Source: an uncultured Pseudomonadota bacterium
GTDB lineage: Bacteria; Desulfobacterota; Binatia; Binatales; Binataceae
Length of the DNA: 64,000 nt
Reading direction: 5' to 3'
NCBI GenBank assembly: GCA_963804355.1
Contig: CAWDQC010000029.1
Location: forward strand, 3,319-67,318
The translations under genes were made by a program, and so were the position numbers. Position 1 is the stretch's first letter, and every line of letters begins with the position of its first letter. The notes beneath the pieces were generated by a model, which was given only the letters and a program-made list of their open reading frames with translations, was not told where the DNA came from and ran no database searches. Of the stretch, positions 57,203 through 64,000 are shown piece by piece.

Positions 57203-59390
57203 ATGGAGCGAAAAAGCAAACTCTTTGCGGTTTTCGTCAGTAACGCGATTGCCTTACTCGGCGTTATCGCGGCTATTTCCGCGATGGGGCTGATGACCAT
57301 CCGGGCCAACGCCGAAGCCTCGCGCCATCGTGTCCTCAGCACGCATCTGCTCACGACCCTTTCAACCCTTAAAGATGCTGAAACCGGTCAACGCGGTTAT
57401 CTCCTCACGGGCAAGGAGGAATACCTAAAGCCCTACAACGACGCGACCGAGGCAATTCAAGGTGAGCTTAATGAATTGACCAGAGAGGCCTACGTCGGAA
57501 ACCTGCCCGCAGCCGACGTGGATAAGCTTTCCAGCGCAATCGACCGCAAGCTCAACGAACTTCAGGAAACTATTTTCCTCCGTCGAACCGAAGGCCTTCC
57601 CGCCGCTCTGACCGTCGTGCAAACCGACGCTGGGATGCACACGATGGAAACTATTCGCGCCCTGGTCAATCAAATGACCGCGCGCGAAGGTATCGAATTC
57701 GAACAAGCACATAGTCGCGCCGACTCACTGGTGAGCTACAGCGCCATAATCGTAATCCTCAGCGCGCTTCTCGGTCTTAGTATTCTCAATTGGTCATATC
57801 GTTTTCTTAAGCACGAATCGGCCGTGCGCGAAGCTATCGGGGTCGAACTACAGCGTCAGAAAGATCTTTTGGAAGTTACCCTTTCCAGCATCGGTGACGG
57901 CGTAATAGTTACCGATAACCACGCCCGCATTACTTTCCTCAATCATGTCGCCGAAAATCTTACTGGATGGGGCCATTCGGAGGCGCTCGATCAGCCGATT
58001 GCGCATATCTTCAACATCGTCAGCGAAGACTCTCGCCAGTCGGTCGAAAGTCCTGTCGAAAAAGTGCTGCGGATGGGCACCATCGTCGGCCTGGCGAATC
58101 ATACCCTGCTTATTCGCAAGGACGGCGCGGAAATCCCTATCGACGACAGCGGCTCGCCCATCACCGAGAGAGACGGCACTGTGCGCGGAGTCGTTTTGGT
58201 TTTCCGCGACTTTTCCGAACATCGCGTCGGAGAACGCAGATTGATTCAGGCTAAAGACGAAGCGGAAGCAGCCAGTCGCGCCAAAGATGACTTTCTGGCC
58301 TCCTTGTCGCATGAATTGAGAACCCCGCTTACCCCTGTCCTGGCGATACTCTCGAGTTGGGAATTCAACCGGAGTGTCCCTTCCTCGATGCTGCCGACGA
58401 TCCGGATACTCCGGCGCAATATCGAACTCGAGGCCCGCATCATCGATGATCTCCTGGATCTGGCGCGCATCAGCAAGGGAAAACTCTCGATGAATCTGGA
58501 AGTGCTCGATGTCAACGAGTTGCTCGACGGTGCGATAAGCAGACGTCGAAACGAGATGGAAGCCAAGCACCTCTCCCTCGAAACGAATTTCTCTGCGGCT
58601 CGGCATCATGTGCTGGCCGACGCGGTTAGACTCGAGCAGGTGCTCAGCAACGTTCTAACCAACGCAATCAAATTTACTCCGACCGACGGCAAGCTCACGC
58701 TCGCGACCGCCAACGAAGGCCCCCGCGTGACTGTGACTATCGCCGATAACGGAATCGGCATGACGGATCAGACGATCGCCAAAATGTTCACACCCTTCGA
58801 GCGCGGCGACAGTGAAGTGGTCAGGCGCGCGGAGGGCCTCGGCCTTGGAATGGCTATCGCGAAAAATCTCGTCGAAGCCCTCGGCGGTACCATATCTGCG
58901 TCCAGCGCCGGCATAGGAAGAGGCTCCGCCTTTACCATTTCGCTACTGACGGCCGAACCCGCGACGCACTTGCTTCAGCCGCTTGCGGGTCGCGTCGCGG
59001 AAAGCGGACCCGTTCAAGGGCACCACATTCTTTTCGTCGAGGATCATGCCGACACGGCGGAAGTTCTGACGATGCTCTTGCAGGATTTCGGCTACAGGGT
59101 CGAAAGCTGCGCCACCGTCGCCGAAGCCATCAAGCTCGCTACCGAGCACCGCTTCGAGCCTTTTGATCAGCGACGTCGGCCTTCCCGATGGCACCGGTAT
59201 CGATCTGTTGCGCGCGATTCGCCAGCATTCCGCCCTCCCCGCCATCGCGCTCACCGGCTTCGGGATGGACACCGATGTGGCCCGCTATCGGCAAGAGGGC
59301 TTCGACGATCATCTCACCAAGCCGGTCGATATCCAGGAGCTTCGTGCGGCGATTCGCCAGTTGCTTGCCGCCAGGGGAAGCCTGAATTGA
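57203..59390 (+). CDS. Hybrid sensor histidine kinase with an N-terminal CHASE3 domain, TM segment, PAS, HisKA/HATPase and a C-terminal receiver; one frameshift near 59165 inside the receiver
   Basis: CHASE3: HTxxVLSTHLLTTLSTLKDAETGQRGYLLTGKEEYLKPY. PAS: VTLSSIGDGVIVTD. H-box: LASLSHELRTPL. N, G1 and G2 boxes: NAIKFT...DNGIGM...GLGLGMAI. Receiver: ILFVEDHADTAEVL...FDLLISDVGLPDGTG...HLTKP, split across frames. Confidence 0.85.
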
Positions 59391-59532
59391 TTCGAAGCTC
59401 GACGGAACGGTTGGCCTCTACCGCCGGCCCGCTCCGATAGTTACTCATTGTCGCCCCGCGCTAAGCTCCTCCATCCGGTCGCTATTTCTGCTCAAATGCT
59501 ATTTACCGACGTTATCGGTCGTTAATTCATCG

Positions 59533-59549
59533 GCGGCACGGATGCTGCT
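59533..59549 (+). promoter_or_regulatory. Candidate sigma-54 (-24/-12) promoter upstream of the second BON-domain gene
   Basis: CGGCACG-GATG-CTGCT versus the consensus TGGCACG-N4-TTGCW. The GG and GC dinucleotides are correctly spaced (12 nt), about 40 nt upstream of the ATG at 59588. Confidence 0.4.
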
Positions 59550-59587
59550 GCTAAGCTGACATGTTCCCTTTACTGGAGGTGACAAAA

Positions 59588-59953
59588 ATGAAGTCCATTC
59601 GAAAAGGGATTACCGGTGCAGTTGCCCTCGGAGCGGCCCTCGCTTTCTCTCCTATGGCATTCGCGCAATCCAACGCGATGCCGCCGGGTCCGGTTCCTCC
59701 GGAAACCATGCCGATCCCCCCGGCCGGTAGCTCACAGCCCAGCGATTCCGCCCTGACGCAGGAGGTGAAATCGGCACTGGCAAATGATCCAGGGACCTAT
59801 CGGTCGAACATTAATGTCGCAGCCAAAGACGGAATCGTGCATCTGCATGGACGGGTCAGTTCCATGGCGGCCAAACAGCACGCGCAACAAGTAGTCGCCG
59901 AGATACAGGGAGTGCGAAGTATCGATAACGAACTCCGCGTGAGAAGTGACTAA
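59588..59953 (+). CDS. BON domain secreted protein
   Basis: RBS GGAGGTGACAAAA. Signal peptide MKSIRKGITGAVALGAALAFSPMAFAQ, a Pro-rich linker, then the BON motif ...LTQEVKSALANDPGTYRSNINVAAKDGIVHLHGRVSSMAAKQHAQQVVAEIQGVRSIDNELRV. Confidence 0.8.
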   Translation: MKSIRKGITGAVALGAALAFSPMAFAQSNAMPPGPVPPETMPIPPAGSSQPSDSALTQEVKSALANDPGTYRSNINVAAKDGIVHLHGRVSSMAAKQHAQQVVAEIQGVRSIDNELRVRSD

Positions 59954-60024
59954 AAGCACTATGCCGGGCAGGTATCCGAGCTAAGCCAAGCCCGGACGCG
60001 TAGCTCTTGAGTAGAATGGACGGC

Positions 60025-60064
60025 AAAGGGCCCGACCGCGTTGGTCAGGCCCTTTGCTTTTGTC
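60025..60064. terminator. Rho-independent terminator between the convergent BON and lipoprotein genes
   Basis: AAGGGCCCGACC-GCGTT-GGTCAGGCCCTT followed by TGCTTTT. Confidence 0.7.
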
Positions 60065-60195
60065 TACATCTTGTCCGTTCAGGCGTTCCGAACCAGCCGA
60101 ATCATCTTTCCCACCGCCAAAGAGCCGACCGGTGTTACCCGCCGGCCTCGAAAGCTTTCATTCGCGTGCCCACAACCCGAAGCGCGAAGGCGTAA

Positions 60196-61098
60196 CTAAT
60201 TCAACGTAGGCCCGTCGGGGATCCAGCCAATAACCTTAGCCGAGGGCGTGGACTCCGTCTCTGTTGAATCGTCTTTCGCCTCAACTTTCCAGCTTTGCTG
60301 CCGTGCCGCCATTTGCAGAGTCTCGATATTCCGCTTGGAAACAGGAATACGTCGAACGATTTCACGCGCGACTTCGTCTTCCGCGCGCGCGAGAGTTACG
60401 TCGCGCAGTTCGAGCAACGTAAGACCGGAATTCAATCCAATATCCAACAGGTCGAACGCCGGCCGCAGGTCAACTGAATTGCGCGTGTCGGTCCCGCCGA
60501 AGATTTCGTGACCGTCTCGCGTCGAAACCATACGGACGTGCGCCCCAACCTGCCAGCCCGCAACCAGAAAGGCGTAAAACGCATCGTAGTGTTGTACTTC
60601 ACCGTAGACCACCGAATCTGCCCCTAACCAATGACCCAGCCGCTCGGGCGGAACCGCTTGAAGTTCCTGCCAATTATCGATTCCGTGGTCCTGCAGAACC
60701 GCATCGACCGCCGGCAACGGGATAATCTGAAATTCTCTCTCGGCCAGTTCTCCCGTCATGCTTTTGCGTAAACGATTCGCGTAGGTCCAGGCCCATTCAT
60801 CGCGTTCGTGCCCATCGCGCCGACTAATCGGAATCTTGTCGACTACGTACTGACCGCTTCCCTGGTCGACGAAAGGAAGGACCGCAATCCTCATCGGTGG
60901 ATCGGTCGAATAGTCCTGCGCGACCGTGTACTTTGCCTTGCCCGGGTCAACTTCGACCAGGTGATCGAACCAGGTCTTCTTTCCGTGAGTCTCGACATCT
61001 TGCTCGGTCAGATAGAACGGCCGTTTTTGGTAATTCGCCGCCGATCTCGTGGCACATCCCGAAACCAGGAGGGACAAAATAATCAACACGATTGCCAT
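60196..61098 (-). CDS. Lipoprotein of unknown function
   Basis: Lipobox MAIVLIILSLLVSGC. 300 aa, soluble and acidic, with no assignable family. Confidence 0.55.
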   Translation of the reverse strand: MAIVLIILSLLVSGCATRSAANYQKRPFYLTEQDVETHGKKTWFDHLVEVDPGKAKYTVAQDYSTDPPMRIAVLPFVDQGSGQYVVDKIPISRRDGHERDEWAWTYANRLRKSMTGELAEREFQIIPLPAVDAVLQDHGIDNWQELQAVPPERLGHWLGADSVVYGEVQHYDAFYAFLVAGWQVGAHVRMVSTRDGHEIFGGTDTRNSVDLRPAFDLLDIGLNSGLTLLELRDVTLARAEDEVAREIVRRIPVSKRNIETLQMAARQQSWKVEAKDDSTETESTPSAKVIGWIPDGPTLN

Positions 61099-61603
61099 GA
61101 TGCACGCCTCCGAGCACGAATAAGCGACAATTAGGCTTCGCTCTAAATCGACATAACGATGCGCTCCTGCAAGCTCTTTGCCATTTTTTCCGACTGACCG
61201 TGAATGTAGCGCAATTCTACATTAAGGGTAGCGTCTGCTCTTTGAATAATTCCCGGTCGATTGGAATCGGTGCCCGGAACCTTCTTGCCCGGGAAGAAAA
61301 AACCTCCGCCTGAGAAAGCTGCAATTATTACAGATATTTACGTCCCGATTCTTGCGCAGTTCCGCAATCGCCGTCGCCCACTTCTCAAGCCGAATCCAGC
61401 GCCATTTACCGCAATGTCCCAATTCAGATCGATGGCATGCGGTTTGTATAAACCAATCCTAGATTCGTTGACTCGATTTTCTTGTTCGCCAGCCATCGCG
61501 TCATGAAGTCGGCGCAAGTCTCTGAAATTCGAGACACAGTTGGCGACGGAGACTAAAGACGGCAAAGCTCCGCGAGCGACGAAATCGGAAAAGGCATCAG
61601 GGA

Positions 61604-62845
61604 ATGAAGCAAATCAGGCTGGTCGATCTGGCGGCTCAAAACCGGGAAATTAGCGATGACGTCGAAGTCGCATTCAGCGAGATTCATCGCAACACGGCGT
61701 ATGTTGGCGGTCCCCAGATCGCGGCTTTCGAAAGTCAGTTTGGCGATTACCTCGGCGTCCGGCATGTCGTCGGCGTCGGCAGTGGAACCGACGCTCTCCG
61801 ATTATCGCTCCTCGCCATTGGCGTCGGTCGCGGCGACGAAGTGATCACTTCTCCCATGACCTCGGCGGCCACGGTCGAAGCGATCATTCAGGCGGGCGGG
61901 CGTCCGACCTTCATCGATATCGACCCGGTAACGTGTAACATCGACGTTGACGCGGTCCACCGTTACCTCAGCGCTGCCCGTTACAGAACGCTGAATGGTC
62001 CCAGGGCGATTTTACCGGTGCATCTTTACGGTTTGCCGGCTGCAATGGAGCCTTTGCTCGACGTTGCCAATCGATTCGGCCTTAAAGTCGTCGAAGATGC
62101 CTGCCAGGCCCACGGCTCGCGTGCCCGGGTCAGAGGTCATCAGTTACAGGCAGGAGCGATCGGCGACGTCGGATGCTTCAGCTTCTCGCCCGGAAAAAAC
62201 CTCGGCGCATGGGGTGACGGCGGCGCAATCGCCACCAATGATCCCGAAATCGCTGCACGAATCGCGATGCTGCGTGATCACGGCCGTATCTCCCACTACG
62301 CCCACCAGGAATGCGGCTTCAATTCCCGGCTGGATACCCTCCAGGCGGCAGTCCTGAGTGCCAAGCTCACGCGACTCGACAACTGGAACGCGAGTCGTCG
62401 TGTGATTGCGCACACTTACGATGAATTACTTAAGGATACTGGCGTAACTTTGCCGCCAGCCTCGGCTAGTGACGGCTCGAATCATCATCGCTACGTAATT
62501 CGCCACGAACGGCGAGACGCCATCCGCAACGCGCTGCTCGTTCGCGGAATCGAATGCGGGATCCACTATCCGGTTCCCCTCCATCTACAACCCGCGCTGC
62601 GAAGTTACGGTTATCGCAGCGGTGATTTTCCATCCAGCGAAAGTGCTGCCGATACCGTTTTGTCGCTCCCGATGCATCCGCATCTCATCACATCGGATCT
62701 GGAGCTAATCGTCGACACCGTTCGCCAGGCATTAGTAAAGAAACCAATCTTGTTCGCCGGCGGGCACCACCTTGCTGCTGCTGCGTGGCCCCCCCCACAC
62801 GCGGTCAACAGGGATTATGTCCGCCGGCGGGCTTCACGTCCGTAA
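61604..62845 (+). CDS. DegT/DnrJ/EryC1/StrS family PLP-dependent sugar aminotransferase
   Basis: ...HVVGVGSGTDALRLSL...VVEDACQAHG...GCFSFSPGKNLGAWGDGGAIATND (the PLP-lysine SxxK motif)...RDHG. The last ~25 aa may be frameshift read-through. Confidence 0.85.
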   Translation: MKQIRLVDLAAQNREISDDVEVAFSEIHRNTAYVGGPQIAAFESQFGDYLGVRHVVGVGSGTDALRLSLLAIGVGRGDEVITSPMTSAATVEAIIQAGGRPTFIDIDPVTCNIDVDAVHRYLSAARYRTLNGPRAILPVHLYGLPAAMEPLLDVANRFGLKVVEDACQAHGSRARVRGHQLQAGAIGDVGCFSFSPGKNLGAWGDGGAIATNDPEIAARIAMLRDHGRISHYAHQECGFNSRLDTLQAAVLSAKLTRLDNWNASRRVIAHTYDELLKDTGVTLPPASASDGSNHHRYVIRHERRDAIRNALLVRGIECGIHYPVPLHLQPALRSYGYRSGDFPSSESAADTVLSLPMHPHLITSDLELIVDTVRQALVKKPILFAGGHHLAAAAWPPPHAVNRDYVRRRASRP

Positions 62846-63036
62846 CGCCCCACCCTCGCTCCCCCCGAAATGGTGGCGGACGCGATCCTTCCCGGTCGTG
62901 TTCCGCCACCAGCCGCCCTCAAAAAATAACCGCGCCCAATCTCGGCTGAAGGGCTAATTTACTGAGTAAATTTTACCGGTCATTGTAGATTGTATATAGA
63001 TGGGCAAAAATTGTCTAAGAAATCACTGGATTATTT

Positions 63037-63054
63037 TGAGGCATGTAGGTTGCG
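63037..63054 (+). promoter_or_regulatory. Candidate sigma-54 (-24/-12) promoter upstream of the sigma-54 activator gene
   Basis: TGAGGCATG-TAGG-TTGCG. GG at 63040-41 and GC at 63052-53 sit at the canonical spacing. The RBS GAGGAG (63069) and the GTG start (63082) follow. Confidence 0.45.
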
Positions 63055-63081
63055 TTAAACAGTCCCGAGGAGACTGACAAG

Positions 63082-64000
<919 letters not shown>

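Noticed and set aside
61433-61448. Third sigma-54-like site (TGGCATG-N4-TTTGT) upstream of the DegT aminotransferase
   Set aside because: The -12 element lacks the conserved GC dinucleotide (GT instead). It is kept only as a weak mention under the sigma-54 finding.

Overview
High-GC (~63%) bacterial chromosomal segment; gene content loosely suggests an Acidobacteria- or Proteobacteria-like soil organism (no lineage marker is present in the window, so this is a guess). I resolve about 55 protein genes, one tRNA-Ser(GGA), several intrinsic terminators, two sigma-54 promoter candidates and one tandem repeat array.

Layout, 5' to 3':
- 1-6.6 kb: 5'-truncated aceE remnant, universal stress protein, D-aminoacylase, GST, trmFO.
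- 6.6-10.3 kb: exopolyphosphatase, a ~26-bp tandem repeat array, PRC-barrel protein, standalone ATP-dependent DNA ligase, DUF4142 protein.
- 10.7-12.8 kb: nitronate monooxygenase, then divergent H1-like and HU nucleoid proteins.
- 12.8-20.3 kb: GT39 glycosyltransferase, SAM methyltransferase and three tandem, translationally coupled paralogs of a ~550-aa polytopic membrane protein, ending at tRNA-Ser.
- 20.5-33.8 kb: SH3b protein, then an oxidative sulfonate/xenobiotic cluster: three NtaA/DszA-type and one SsuD-type flavin monooxygenase, TauD, CmcJ-family protein, FMN reductase, haloacid dehalogenase, P450, DUF1329 protein and an Rrf2 regulator.
- 33.8-38.6 kb: copper cluster (multicopper oxidase, CopD, CopC, outer-membrane protein).
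- 38.6-43.7 kb: lower-GC segment with a secreted beta-helix protein, unknown proteins including a coupled small-peptide plus 356-aa pair, MaoC dehydratase and a BON protein.
- 43.9-50.5 kb: orphan cobQ and two DUF1302 copies, one decayed and one intact.
- 50.7-64 kb: secreted Ig-like protein, 24-aa SEC-C mini-protein, amidohydrolase, DUF1656/HlyD/TolC efflux parts without a pump, CHASE3 hybrid histidine kinase, second BON protein, lipoprotein, DegT aminotransferase, partial sigma-54 activator.

About half of the genes carry single-base frameshifts, often at homopolymers or dinucleotide runs, while the other half (~30 kb of coding sequence) have none. The ORF track therefore fragments many real genes, and it omits ORFs that run off the window edge. 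Coordinates of frameshifted genes are envelope spans.

The GT39/methyltransferase/triple-paralog membrane-protein cluster is the most likely candidate for an undescribed system.
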